The notes: generated from the sequence alone by a model not told the origin. A DNA stretch of 64,000 nucleotides from Octopus vulgaris (GCA_951406725.2 OX597814.1:110484001-110548000); one strand, 5' to 3'. Positions 38,781 through 53,195 are shown, counted from the first letter of the stretch. Made by a program: numbers and translations.

Positions 38781-38886
38781 CAAGGCTAATCAGTCCACTT
38801 TATGGTCCCAGTAGACAAAATAAAAAAGCAATTAATGCCTTTTCTGGATTCTCTAATTTTTTTTAACTGATGAGAGAATTGACAGT

Positions 38887-39047
38887 GGGGTACTGAAAAG
38901 TTCCTGGCTTTAAGGGTATTGTGAGTTATTTTATAGGACTTAGAAAAATTGAAGGACTGCTGCAATAAGTGTGTGAATCAGAGAGGGGAATATGTTGAAT
39001 AAAATCATGATTAATTGATGCTCTGGTATTTTCTTTTACCCAATGCC
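38887..39047 (+). mobile_element. Mariner-derived MITE remnant
   Basis: GGGGTACTGAAAAGTTCCTGGC TIR and the transposase C-terminus GLEKLKDCCNKCVNQRGEYVE*. Confidence 0.7.
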
Positions 39048-39279
39048 TTACAGTGATACTGTTTCTGAAAAATGTAAACAAAATCAAGGTAGACCTGATA
39101 ACATATATATTTCTACAAAGTTAGCCATGTACATTAATTAGATGGAGAATTAACATAGCATATACAAGATTAAATTTTTGCATAGAATTACAAATACATA
39201 TAATGTGGAATATTAATGTATAATGTCATAGTGCACCTGAGCATTGTATACAATAAGCTCATTATCATTAATATCATTA

Positions 39280-40800
39280 TTTATCTGCTGGATAGCAAGT
39301 CACATCTTGCAAGCTTAGGTATCAAACATCTTTAAGATTCTTGCTGTCCTTAATAAACAGACTTTCTGTATAACAGAGAAGGCTGTCTCAGCCAAGATAT
39401 CCCTCGAATTTTTCACCATTTCTGTTTACGGTACCCAACATACCCATGACTAGTGATACTGCCAAGACAAGAGTTAATAAGTGCTGAAGATAGGCGGTAG
39501 GGGCAGTCCGCCCCAGGCGGCACTTTTCATCCTGTTGTTGGCTCTTGCTGTAGGCAATATGTGTTTCTTGTGGGGTCTGGGGTTGGCACACACTCTAGCT
39601 ACACTAGTGCTTGTCCTACTTCATTTATTCCTCTCTATGTATAGCCGAGCAACATCTTGGGGATGGAATACCCTTATAAGCAATTTTCTGGTCTTTCTGT
39701 TTTTAGGTCATCCTTCATCCATTTGACTATATCATTTCCATACCTTATATGCTTCTAAATGCATATAAGTTTAATTTGATCCACTTTAGAAAAGAGGAGA
39801 CTCTGAAATTACCATATGCTCTTCCCTCAGGTAACTCCCTAATGTAATCCAACAACACTAGAGGCCTTGGAGTAATTGCTGATAACAGTCTAAGCTGGAG
39901 TTCCCACATAAACAGCAAGGTTGACTTGGTCTGCAAGATGTGCTCCTGGATTCTGAGAACTTTCTTACTCTACTTTTGTCCAACCCCACCTTCAATACTG
40001 TTGCCTACTATGGTCTCCCCACACAAAGCAACTCATTATGAAAGTGGAAGCACTCCAGAGGTCAATAACAAGAAAGATAAACTGCATGACAGACATTGAC
40101 TCTTGGGATCGACTAAAAAAACTCCATCTCTAATCTCTCCAACACCACTGTAAACACTGCATCATTTGTGTGATGTAACTGGTACTTAATTTATCGACCC
40201 TGAAAGAATGAAAGGCAAAGTCGACCTCGGCGGAATTTGAACTCATATCGTAATGGCAGACAAAATACAGCTACGCATTTCGCCTGGCATGCTAATGTTT
40301 CTGCCAGCTCGCTGCCTTGTCATTTGCTTCAAGTATACCATGATACTAGTATCCTTCACCTTTGTTGATCTCCTTAATTTCCTCGTCTGTTGGTAATTTT
40401 ATTCCTTCACTATTTTCATACCTTCTTCTTTTCATTAGCAAGATACGTCATTCACTCACCCCAAACTCTATGTTGATGTCACTACTAAAGACGTGAACTG
40501 TATTCACTAGAGTATCAAATTCCTTGTTATCCTTGGCATATAATTTCACTTTGTCCATGAATAACAAATGGTTTGTTCCTTCTCCTCCTTTTTCTGGGTC
40601 ATATCCTGCTTTTACATCTCTAAACACTGATGTTAATGGGGATGACTGCCAACACAAATAACAATGGGGGAAGACTGTCACTTGAAAGTTCCCCCCCCCC
40701 ACTTAATTTGGTGGACATTACAAAGATGTTCCCCTTTTGCAGTTAAGCTTGTATTCCAGTGCTTCATTGAGCTGCAGATAAAAGTTCTCGTGCTTTCAGC
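39280..40800 (-). mobile_element. Fragmented R4/Dong-like non-LTR retrotransposon
   Basis: NHLLFMDKVKLYAKDNKEFDTLVNTVHVFSSDINIEFG (RT motif) at 40570-40450; LVMGMLGTV..IQKVCLLRTARILK C-terminus at 39450-39330. Confidence 0.7.
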
Positions 40801-43254
40801 AACTTTAAACACGTCCAAGCACTTCCTTGTGTAACTGTGAGGTCCCACTATCAACATCATCATCATCATCATCACTATCATCATCATTATTATCATTACC
40901 ACCACCACCACCACCACCATTATTATTATTGAATGAAAGAGCAGTGTATGCCATCAAAATGACACTGGAGTAAAATATATGAAGCCCAGTATACCCATCA
41001 TGACTACCTGTCTGATAAGAGTACACTAAGCACATGCATTACAACCATATGTGCGCAACATGGTGATCTCATATCAAGATTAACAGCGCATGACCTTGCA
41101 GGTGGAGTCCAGTTAGAATTTTCTTCTGGTCGAGTAGCCCATCCCACTCAAAAGGTCCCTGAATAAGGTTTGTTTAAGGATGATGAACAAAACACCCATG
41201 CTTCTAAGGGTGAATTATCCAAACCCCAAGGAATTCCTCTCAACACATGGCTATGATGCTCCCCACTACTTCTGCCCATGACCAGAGATGCACATATCAT
41301 CAGCCACTAAGGGACATGTGCAACTGATTAAAGTCAAACAAGTGACAAGCAAATCTGTGGTATTGAGCAGAATATTTGCTGTAGCTCATCTTTTATACCA
41401 AGACAAAACAATGCTTTTACATCCTTTCATCCCTGGATGGGACTTCTTCAGCACAGCATCTCTTCCGTTGTTGTGGTCACTTGCCACCTCCTTCACGAGA
41501 TTCCCCATTTTGAGACCAGTTTCCAGTATCTCTGCTCACATCTTCTGCAGATTCTTTTAACCCAAATGTGGCTGTATGGTTAAGAAGCTCGTCTTGCAAC
41601 CACACGGCTTGGGATTCAACCCCATCGTGCAGCACTTTGGGCATGTGTCCTCTACTATAACCCTGTGCTGACCAATGCCTTGTGAGTGAATTTGGTAGAC
41701 AGAAACTGTGGACAAGCCTGTCATGTGTGTATGGCTGTGTGTATTTACACCCTATCATTGCTTGGTTTGTCTTCATCCCTGTAACTTGGTATTTGAACAA
41801 AAGAGTCTTATAGAAGTAGTGGAGTCAATTTGTTTCACTAAACCCTTCAAGGCAGTGCTCCAGTATGGCCTCAGTTCAATGACTAAAGCAAGTAAAAGAT
41901 AACTGTCATTCCTCCAGATGCATTACATGTCCATACCATCACACTCTCTTCTCTTTTACACTGCATCCAGTTTACCAACCCAGTTTTTCACTCACCTCAT
42001 TTGTGTGCCATCATTTACATTGTTTTATTCTTTTAACAAGCTTGCCCTGTGCCATCAAAAATGATGGCTAATTGTAGTATTTTATATATAAATTAGCTGC
42101 ATAATAGTCACACATACAAACATTCATGAACTTCCTTTGTACATGCACACATACACACATACACACATATACTCACACAGCATTGAAACACTGATTTTTC
42201 TTTTTAGAATTTAATGTTCACCATCACACTTTCATTACACACACACACACACACACACGCACAAACAGTCACATGACTCCCTTTTACGTACATACACACA
42301 CAGAGTTGAAACGCTGTTTGATTTTTTTTCACCATACAACTTCCATCATCCCACTACCAAGTTTGCAAACCCCCTTTCCTTCCTTATTCATCTATCATGT
42401 GTCCTCTACTATCTATCATGTGTCCTCTACTATCATCTCATTCATATGTTGTGATGGAGAAAGACACAAGAGTCTTATTATAGTAGATGGTTTCAGTTGT
42501 GGGACTGCAGCTATGCTTGAGCACCACCTTAATTAATTTTCTATCAGTTTTATCATCACTCTATGGCTGGAAGTTGTCTGTGATTGAATTCAATGTTTTT
42601 TTTTTAATATTTCAGTAGAGGTTCCTTTTATATTTCTGATTTCTTTAGATTGGCACTTAAACAAGTAAGAACAGGTAAAATGCTTAGTGGTATTTATGCT
42701 CTGAGTTCAAATTCCATTGAGGTCAACTTTGCCTTTCATTCTTTCAGGGTTGATGAAATAAATACCAGTTGAGTCCTGGGGTCGAAATAATCAACTAACC
42801 TCCTCCCCCAAAATTTCAGGCCTTGTGTCTGTAATAGAAACAATTATTATTATTTTCCTTCTTTGCACTATGATTTGTTTGTGTTTCAAGTGTCCCTTTC
42901 CCAAGTTAAAATTTTCTTTTAAAATGTCAGATATTTTTGGCATTCAGTTCTGTTGATGTCAAGAATTACATAATTGGATTGAAAAACACATGCCTTTCTG
43001 CATCTTTTCGCTTTGTCTTTACAACCCAATATATATCTTTACACATGTTGAGAAGGTGAATTTTCTTCTGGGACTATTTCCACAGTGGAAGGTCTAATCA
43101 TGTCCAAATACACTTGAACATGTTAAATATGATTTTACATGAATAGTTTTCCTCAACACTGCTGCATGTCACATAATTTATTGAACTCTAGCTTGTCCAA
43201 GCTTTATGTACATCAACAAACTTAGCACATGCTACTTTAATTAATTTAATTCTC

Positions 43255-43604
43255 ATTCAATGGAAATTGCAGCTGTGATACCAGTGCCGGTGACAAGTAA
43301 GCGAACCATCCGATCGTGGCCGTTGCCAGCCTCGCCCCGACTGGCCTCCGTGCCGGTGGCACGTAAAAAGCACTATCTGTTCGTGGCCGTTTGGCAGCTC
43401 CGTCTGGCACCTGTGCAGGTGGCACGTAAAAAGCACCCACTACACTCACAGAGTGGTTGGTGTTAGGAAGGGCATCCAGCCATAGAAACACTGCCAGATC
43501 AGACTGGGCCTGATGCAGCCTTCTGGCTTCACAGACCCCAGTTGAACCGTCCAACCCATGCTAGCATGGAAAGCGGACGCTAAATGATGATGATGATGAT
43601 GATG
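43255..43604 (+). mobile_element. RTE LINE 3' tail
   Basis: Same family; (GAT)n tail. Confidence 0.85.
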
Positions 43605-44506
43605 AAGAACATAGAAACACATGCAACCTACAATTCAATCACTTCATTCACAGCCCGAAATGTATCATCACACTTATTTAGGAGAATTTTCGGCAAGACT
43701 TCTGCTCGTCCCATCCCCCCAACCACCCTTAAAAAAATGTTTTTTTTCCACACAAACCCCCCTTTTCGGCTACAGGGAATACAAATCTGCAAAAAAATTG
43801 GCAAAAATCAGCTTTTTAAAATTTCACCCCGTCACCATTTCCTTCATTTTCCCCTTTTTTCAGAAATTTTTTTCCCAAAATATGTGGAAAAATACAAAGA
43901 TTATGATTCTGAAAAAAATTTCTAAATAATTTTGTAAAATTTTTTTAAGAATTTTTTTTTCTAAACATGTGGAAAAATACGAACATTATGATTCTGACAA
44001 AGATTTCAAAACATTTCTGTACTTACGGTTAGGGTTACCTTAATTTAATTTGTCCTTAGTCGAAAGACACCTGTTGTAATATCCTTTATTTGTATTTGTG
44101 TAACATTCTCCGTTTTTTTCCTGTCCTTGTTTTCATATACATTTGCTGCTTCCTTCCAAGGAATCTAATGCTCTTAGCTTAGTTTTTCCTTGGGGCTGGC
44201 CAGATTGGAGCAATCTTGAGTATAACCAGCCGAAATTGCAAAGATAATCTGGAACTCAACTGAGGAAAAAAACTCCGAATGACCCGTACTTGTTTTCTTT
44301 GTATTGTCTATCTGGATGTTTTGCGTTCTTGTTCCATTTTGTATTTTTTTATATATAAAACGTATAGCAGTGTATGTACACTTTGGTCTCATATATATAT
44401 ATATATACATATATGTATGTATGTATATATATGCATATCATATATATATGTGTGTGCAAAACAAATTTCCTTTTTCACTTGTAAAATTAAAGAGGATAGT
44501 ACACCA

Positions 44507-44907
44507 TCTATATATATATATATATATAAAGCTGAAGTTGTCTGTGTATAGCAGGTTTGGTAGCCTTCAACTAACACTATCTCCTCCGAGACCCTGCGGC
44601 ACAAGTTGACCAAAATTGAGAGTATGATAGAAGGTTTGCTCTTCCTTCTGTAGAAGAAAAAAAATCAAATTGGACCATTTTAACACCAAAAAGCTGCTTT
44701 TTTTCTATGAAAATCCCTATTTTTTACGATTTTTTGACTGCTGTGTCGCCATTTTTCGGTGTATTTCAACCAGAAAAATGTTCACTTAAAGAGAATAACA
44801 AGCTACATAATGCAAAACAAGCTACATAATGCAAAATTTTTACTTTTCAAAAATTCCAATTCTAAAGGGTTGAAACAAACCCAAGCAACACTGGACGATA
44901 CTGCTAG
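44507..44907 (+). mobile_element. Short non-autonomous Helitron
   Basis: A|TCTATATATA... start; CCCAAGCAACACTGGACGATACTGCTAG|T end, homologous to the end at 2429-2456. Confidence 0.8.
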
Positions 44908-45811
44908 TATATATAAAAAGCTATTTGCTAATGCTACAGCTGCATTTGAGAATTTCATAAAAGGTCTTACTTTACAAATTTGTCAATGCTCCAATAATAT
45001 CATGTAAATGAAATTCACACAGATATATTCATATTGATATTAATAATCCCTAATATCAATATGTCCTGATTTTGAGAATAGGTACACCATAATACATATA
45101 TATACACACACGTATACTGTCAATTTACAGCTGGTGTTTTTACACACATCAGCAAAATATTTTTTAGCCAGCTGTTTTCTCAATTCACATGAACACGAAC
45201 CTTTCATTGATGTCAACATTGTATGCCAACCAGTCAATATGTAACTTCTCTCCAGCCTCACAGATGATCAACGTTTAAATATCAACTCAGGGTAACCAAA
45301 TTCTTACATATCATACAGTTTACTTACTCAAACACTCAAATAAATACATTCTCTTTTTGTTAATAGAGTTTACTTTTTAGCTCAAACAAATAAATATATT
45401 TTTTCCTTTTTTGTTACAAAACTATATCAGCAGCTTTGACTTTTTTTTTAACTTAACTACTATTCATTCAGTTTAATACCATTAGCATTAAGCATTTTTC
45501 TAGTTAGTAGAAACTATCTCTTATAATATGTTTAATGAGCTAAGGTAGGAAGCTGGCAGAAACATTAGCACGCCAGGCGAAATGCTTAATGGTATTTCAT
45601 CTGTCTTCACATTCTGGTGAAGGCAACTTTGCCTTTCTTCCTTTGGTCAATAAATTAAGTATCAGCTGCATACTGGGGGTTGATCTAATTGACTGTCCCC
45701 TTCCCCCAAAATTTCAGGCCTTGTGCCTAGAGTAGAAAAGAATATTTTTAATGAGCAAACTGAGAATTCCATAGACTTCATTTCTTGATGCTATCTTCTG
45801 TTTTATATATA

Positions 45812-45855
<44 letters not shown>

Positions 45856-45875
45856 CACCTAGTGGTTCTGCCATT

Positions 45876-45914
<39 letters not shown>

Positions 45915-46127
45915 ATATATTTACATATGGTGCCAGTTGATAACAAAAAAGGCATCTAGCCATTGAAAATTTGCCTCAATATGCTCCCTCTGACTCATAC
46001 AAGCATGGAAAAGTGGAGGATGTTAAAATGGTGATAATGATGATGTATATATAAATATGGCTGATGACTAGCATCACACTTGAAACTTAAGAGTACCAAT
46101 GAATTTGAACTGTTTTGATTCATATAT

Positions 46128-47171
46128 ATCATCATCATCATTTAACATCCGTTTTCCATGCTAGCATGGGTTAGACCAGGGTCTGGGAAGCCAGGAGGCT
46201 GCACCAGGCTCCAGTCTGATCTAGCAGTGTTTCTACAGCTAGATGCCCTTCCTAATGCCAAGCACTCCGGGAGTGTAGTGGGTGCTTTTAATGTGCACTG
46301 GCATAGGGGCCAGAGGAGGCTGGCAATGGTCACAATTGGTTGGTGCTTTTTACATGCCTATTTCTTTACTACCCACAAGGGGCTAAACATAGAGGGGACA
46401 AACAAGGACAGACAAATGGTGCTTTTTACATGCCATCGGCATGGAAGCCAGTCGAGGTGGCACTGGCATTGCCCATATTCGAATGGTGCTTTTTATGTGC
46501 CACCGGCATGGGTATCATAGCTACAATTTCCATTTGATCTATATTTTGATGTTGATGTACTCGACTCAATAGGTCTCCTCAAGCACAGCAGGTCACCCTA
46601 CGATCCAAGTTTAGCACAGCTGGCTGTCCTGCAATCCAAGATACTTTGAATGGGTTGGGGCTGCTATGTGAAGCTGGTGCAGGATACAGCCATGGACTCA
46701 CTTTATTTGTTGGGTCTTCGCAGTCATAGCATATCTCCAGAGGTCTCGGTCTTTCGTCATTGCCTCTGTGAGGCCCAACGTTCAAAGGTCATGTTTGACC
46801 ACCTCATCCCATGTCTTCCTGTGTCTACCTCTACCCTGGATTCCTTCAACTGTTTGGGAGTGGCACTTCTTCACACATCTCTCCTCATCCATCCTCATCT
46901 CTCTCTTGCATGCCACCTCCAATGCTTCTTATGTCCAACATTTCTCTCAGAGTGCTTACACTCTGTTGTGTGTGCACACTGACATCACACATCCAGCAGA
47001 TCATGCTAGCTTCATTTCTTTCGAGCCTACACATGTCCTCCACAGTCACAGCCCATGTTTCACTGCCGTGAAGCATGTCAGTTCGCACACATGCATCATA
47101 CAATCTATCTTTCACTCTGAGCGAGAGACCCTTTGTCACCAGTAGGAGTAGAAGCTTTCTAAACTTTGCCC

Positions 47172-47172
<1 letters not shown>
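46128..47172 (-). mobile_element. 5'-truncated RTE-clade LINE (RT C-terminus, 3' UTR and (GAT)n tail)
   Basis: WAKFRKLLLLLVTKGLSLRVKDRLYDACVRTDMLHGSETWAVTVEDMCRLERNEASMICWMC is contiguous with the abundant tail repeat. Confidence 0.9.
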
Positions 47173-47206
<34 letters not shown>

Positions 47207-47591
47207 CACATTAATAATGAAAGGTACTACTTGAAGCACTGGCATGCTAAAAATAGCTGTCAAAACGACTCAAAACCACACTTTCTGTTATATATATATA
47301 CATATATCTCTACATATTCCATTTTAGTACATATTTTTGATAAGGTTTTTCAAAAACCGAAACATGTAAAAGCAAAGTTAAAATGTACTCAATTTTAAGA
47401 AAGTAGCATTTTCGCTCGTTTTTCATAAATATATATATATACACACACACATAATCATCATTTAACGTTCATTGTCCATGCTGGCATGGGTTGGATGGTT
47501 TAACTGGGCTGGCACACTGGAAAGCTGCACCAAGTTCCAGTCTAATTTGGCATGGTTTTCTACAACTGGATGCCTTTCCTTATGCCAACTA

Positions 47592-47622
<31 letters not shown>

Positions 47623-47834
47623 CATACACACACATATACATCTGTTACAGTGGAAGTGTTAATGAATCCTATTTCACTTATTTCTCTGCCAGCTGTTTAC
47701 ATTATATGAACAGTATTAAGTTTCAGCCAACATATTGATCCAAACACCTACTTCCAAGATGTTAAAGTGTTTTTGTGTTCTTTGCTTGTCAAGGCGACAC
47801 TACGCATAATACATACATTATATACATAGAGGTT

Positions 47835-48215
47835 GGTGGAGGTGCAATGGCCTAGTGGTTAGGGTAGTGGACTCGTGGTTGTGAGATAATGATTTTGATT
47901 CCCAGACCAAGCATTGTGAGTGTTTATTGAGTGAAAACACCTAAAGCTCCATGAGGCTCTGGCAGGGGTTGTGGTGAACCTTGCTGTAGTCTTTCACCAC
48001 AGCTTTCTCTCACTGTTTCTTCCGGTTTCTGTTGTACCTGTATTTCAAAGGGCCAGCCTTGTCACACTCTGTGTTACACTGAATCTCCCTGAGAACTACG
48101 TTAAGGGTACACATGTCTGTGGAGTGCTCATCCACTTACACATTAATTTCTCGAGCAGGCTGTTCCGTTGGTCGGATCAACTGGAACCCTTGTTGTCGTA
48201 ACCGACAGAGTGCCA
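47835..48215 (+). mobile_element. tRNA-derived SINE (third family)
   Basis: TGGCCTAGTGGTTAGG A-box and a decayed B-box followed by a non-tRNA body. Confidence 0.6.
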
Positions 48216-49107
48216 CTGCATACAGTTTGAACCAAAAGTCACAAATGAATTTCAATATAAAATCATCTTCAATGAGTGTGACTCCAAATTTTTCCTCATT
48301 AAAATTTTGACTTTTGGTCCAACTTGTACACATGTAACGGCTTTTGATGGTGGTGTCACCAAATGTAATGGTTAATGGAGCTTTATATTGGGAAGCCAAG
48401 TGTAACATAGTTAAATGGAGTCACCTAATATAACGGAGTCTTTACCTGAATGTAATGGGTTGTTTATGTTGCAATCAAAGACGGTGATGTTGGGTTGGAC
48501 TTCAAGGAATAAGGACAGTGGTTGAAGTTGTAGATAACATTTTATTTACCGTTACTTAATATGTATAGCCACATCATGATGGGCAGGCCTGTATAATGTA
48601 AGTCAAAAGCATGCAAGATAAAAGGTGTTATATTTCTGTGTATAAATGGATAGCATAAGACTTGTTATTTTGTCAGTGATAACATGTGTATAATACTACA
48701 GTACCAAATATAACCAGATAACAATAAGCAATGTAACAAGAGTTGGTTATCTTATTATCACTGTTCACACAATAACAATCCAATACTGCGATAGAAACAA
48801 TAACAAGACTAACGCTCTCAGTTCAACCTCAACTGTCTACTGGCTCATCCACTCCATTGACAGTCATGTGTTGGAGTATCAGTTTACTCCTCAATTATTA
48901 TAGATTTGCTTTTCATTTCGCGTGTAAAAGTAATTATAAATTTATAAATTATTTTGAAAGATGAACAGAAATATTTCTTAAGTTATAGAAAAGAAATTAA
49001 TTTTATGAATAAAGTTGACTAAGTGACACGAATATATACGTAAATTTGGTTATCAAACATCATTATTACAGATTTTTGTCATTTCTCATGTAAAAGTAAT
49101 TAATATA

Positions 49108-49464
49108 AAAAAAGCACCATTTGAGCCTGATCGGTACCAGTGTCGCCTTACTGGCACGGGAAAAAATATTCGGGCGAGGTTGTTGCCAATGCTGCTGGAC
49201 TGGCCCCAGTGCAGGTGGCACGTAAAAAAACACCATTTGAGCATGGCTGTTGCCAATACCACCTGACTGGCCCTCATGCTGGTGGCACGTAAAAGCACTC
49301 ACTACACTCTAGGAGTGGTTGGTGTTAGGAAGGGCATCCAGCTGTAGAAAATCTGCCAGATCAAAATTGAAGACTGGTGCAGCCATCTGGTTCAGCAGCC
49401 CTCAGTCAAATCATTCAACCCATGCTAGCATGGAAAGCGGACGTTAAATGATGATGATGATGAT
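49108..49464 (+). mobile_element. RTE LINE 3' tail inserted in an AT-rich local tandem repeat
   Basis: Tail family motifs; the flanks repeat TGTAAAAGTAATT..ATTTTGA units. Confidence 0.8.
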
Positions 49465-52400
49465 CAGCTCATTTTGAAAAGTAAACAAAAACATTATTTA
49501 AATGAAATTGTGAGTAACTGAAACAAATATATGCTAAAAGTAGGTTAAGAGTCATTATTATTTCTCTTTTATTATGTAAAAGTAATTGCTAATTGCCAAC
49601 TCATTTTGAGAATTATGTAAAAGTAATTGCTAATTGCCAACTCATTTTGAGAAGTAAAGAAATTTTTTAAGTTTACAGAAAAGAAATTTTATGAATGGAG
49701 TAGCAAGCAAAAGAAATGCTGAAAATTAGGTCATTAAACATCATTATTTAAATTTCTGTTTTAATTTCTTTTTTATTGAAACATGTCTTATTTTACCTTA
49801 AGCAAAAAGATAAAAAACACAGCCATGAGAAATTCTGGGCAGCAAGTTAAAATCTTTTATGAAAAAGAAAAAAGAAGTAAAGCTTATGAAGATACTTATA
49901 CTCCATCAAACCAAGTAAAATCAAAGTCATGGCAGATACTGGTGTCACAAATGGCACCCATGTCAGTGGCATGTAAAAGTACCCATTACACCCTCAGAGT
50001 GGTTGGCATGAAACCATGCCAAACCAGACTGGAGTCTGGTGCAGCCTTCCAGCCCTGGTCAACAGATGCTAAAGAATGATGATATAAGACTATATGAAAT
50101 ATATATTTTACTATCTTGTTTCAGTCTTTGGACTGTGACTATTCTTGGGCATGGCCTTGAAAGGCTTAGTAAAACAAATTGATTCCAGTACTTATTTTCA
50201 ACCCCGGTTCTTACTCTACTAGTCTCTTCTGCCAAACTGCTAAGTTATATTAATATAAACATACTAACAATCATTGTGAAGCAATGGTAGGGTACAAATA
50301 CAAACACACTCATTATGATCTCTGTACCTTGAGGGCATGCCCTGGCAATTGCCACCATTTATCTCTCTTCCTTACTCTGCCATCCCATCTATGCTCTGAT
50401 CCTTGTGAGTATACCCTGGCACTTCATCTCTCTCATCCAAATTTGCTATTTCCCACTCTCTCTTTCCCTCTGGTCGAGTATCTACTGTAGCACACCCATT
50501 TCTGCCCTCATTCTTGATCACTCTCTCCTCTTGCTTTGTAACCAAATATCTCCTTTACACCAGCACAACTGTTTGTCCTCTTTATTGTACCTATCTCTCT
50601 GGTTAGAGAATGATGTACCACGATACCTGTATCTGCCTCTCTGATCTTCAATGCCCCCTCCCCTCTCAGAATTCCTTGTCTTACAGGCTACTGGTGTTGC
50701 TGCAGGGTCAACAAGTAAAAAGCAGCCAGTCCACACCTAAGTGGTTGGCATTTGGAAAGGCATCCAGCTGTAACACCCATGCCAAAACTGACCTCGCCTG
50801 TGCTGGTGCCATATAAAAAGAACTCAGACCACTCTGCAAAATGGCTGGTGGTAGGAAGGGCATCCAGCCATAAGAACTCTGCCAAAACAAGGCTTAAAAA
50901 AAAAAAAAAAAAAGACTTGCGAAAGGTGCTGCGTTGCAATTGAACTCAAAACCACGTAGTTGTAAAGCGTGCTTCTTAACCACACAGCCATGCTTACGCC
51001 TATGCAGAGAAAAAATTTACATCTGTAAACCACAAACCCACTAAACAAAAACGAGAAATTGAGATAAAATATATAAAAAAAATAGGTGAAGATCGTTTTA
51101 AGAGAAAATCTGGGCTTAAAAACGGGGATGAATATCAAATAATCTCCTAAGTAGACTGACCGTAGAACGGCGACGGAAAAGCAAATTCTTCCGCAGTCGC
51201 CAAACGAAATTAATACCCGATATTCTACGTTAAGTGAAGACCAAACCACCGAATAACAAATTTCGGTTTCTGGTTTTAAACATTTCACATCGTATCGATG
51301 TAAACAAGATGTATTGCGATAAGATTTTTATTGGTATGAGCGAAAGCTATTAAAATCAACTTGTTTAGCCCAAGGTCAGTTCCAATAGACATGCCCATTC
51401 TAAAAGACAAGATGCCATGTGGTGAGAGAATTTAGTTACAATTAACCGGCAAGACGAGTGACAGTATGAAGAGTCTCTTCCATGGAAACGTTGTGGTTAA
51501 AAACCAAAATCAGCAAGGAGTCGGCGAATTTATTGCATTTGGTTGCGAACCGAGTTCTAATCCCGCTTAATTCAACTTTGCCTTTAAGGGGACTTAATCG
51601 ATATAAATAATTGAAGTCCCTCCTCGAACCTGTTAACCCTATTTGACTAAGCAGTATATAAGGGTTAATTTTTTTTCCCCACTCAAAATCTTTCGAAAAT
51701 GTTATTTTAATTACCAATAGAGAGTAATTCAAATGAAAATATACCGGTATATTCAAATATGTCGACGTGTGATTACAGTAAGTTTCAACTTAGTAAATCT
51801 ACTGTAAAAAGGTTAGAGTATAATAAAGACATTCATAAAATGAAGTTTTATAGTTATTCAATAATCATGCTTGGCAATAGGGACATACGTGAGGGATATA
51901 GAATGAAGCCGGGAATGAAAATTAAAAAAAAAAAAAAAAAAAAAAAAAGTCCATCAATCCCTTACTAAAATAACTAAAAATCTAAATATCAATTTAAGTT
52001 AATTTGGGGTTAAATAATATTTAACGCAAATAGTATATTTCAAAGCATTTCTTCAAAAGAAAAACTAAACGTTTTGTCCATTTTCAATGTCCTCCACCTT
52101 ACTATCCGCCATGCTTAATCTTAAGCCTCATGTAATTACACAACGTCGGCTGACAATAACAAAATATCTTGTATTTACCACTGCAATATATTCATTTAGA
52201 ACAAAATTTGCTAGAAACGTATTTAAATAAATAAAACGAAATATAACTTATTGTTTACACATAAACTAAGCCATCACCGGCTGATAACAGATAATAGAGT
52301 TGCAAATAACCGGTTGAATACGAGTTGTAAATTATAACCGGGTGAAAATAGCTTAATATGTCGAAATGTCAATAAACAAATAGCTTATTTAAAATCTTTC

Positions 52401-52489
52401 CCACGCACTTTCCTTTATAATAAAATCCTCTGAACTACAATGTGAAAAATTTGCATTTCTATTGCATTTAGCTATATATACATATATAA

Positions 52490-52597
52490 TATATACGCAC
52501 GTGCATATATATATATGTGCCCCCTCCCCCATATATATATGTGTGCATACACACCTGTATAATATTCCCCCTCCCCCATATATATATACGCACGTGC

Positions 52598-52636
<39 letters not shown>

Positions 52637-52720
52637 CATACACACCTGTATAATATTCCCCCTCCCCCATATATATATATACACACATATATGTGTGTGC
52701 ATACACACACCTGTATATTA
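52490..52720. repeat. Compound minisatellite (CCCCTCCCCCATATAT / GTGCATACACACCTGTATAATATT)
   Basis: About three imperfect units visible. Confidence 0.85.
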
Positions 52721-53195
52721 TCCATCCCCGGTACGGTGTCCGTTATTACTCATTCGAAAACATTTATCCGTACCATTTCATTAAAAAAAAAAAAAAAAAA
52801 GGATACTTCATTATCAATTTCAAGTTTAACTATACTATGTACATATTTCTTCGATCCGACATTGACTAAAATTAATATTGCTCTAATTTAAATTATGAAG
52901 TCCGTTTTAAAGAAGGTGGACTCAAGGTAAAATGTATTTCATTGTTACGAATTCCACAATTTGCTAATTAAAATCAGATTCTTTCGAACATTTTCACAAC
53001 ATTCCGTATAGAGAAGACGAATCCAAGAGAAAAATAAAGATACAAGCATTTTATTTCAGATATTAAAACGATATTTTTCAATCCCATTTATATAAAACTG
53101 ATGATCAATACGTATGTCAGGTCTTGTGAAGCTAATAAACCACTTAAAAGTTATTACGAAGAAAAGCGCGATCTTAACCAGAATCGACTTTCTGT

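Noticed and set aside
48136-48408. 90-aa minus-strand ORF
   Set aside because: Runs into a SINE; at best a decayed retroelement remnant that I cannot assign
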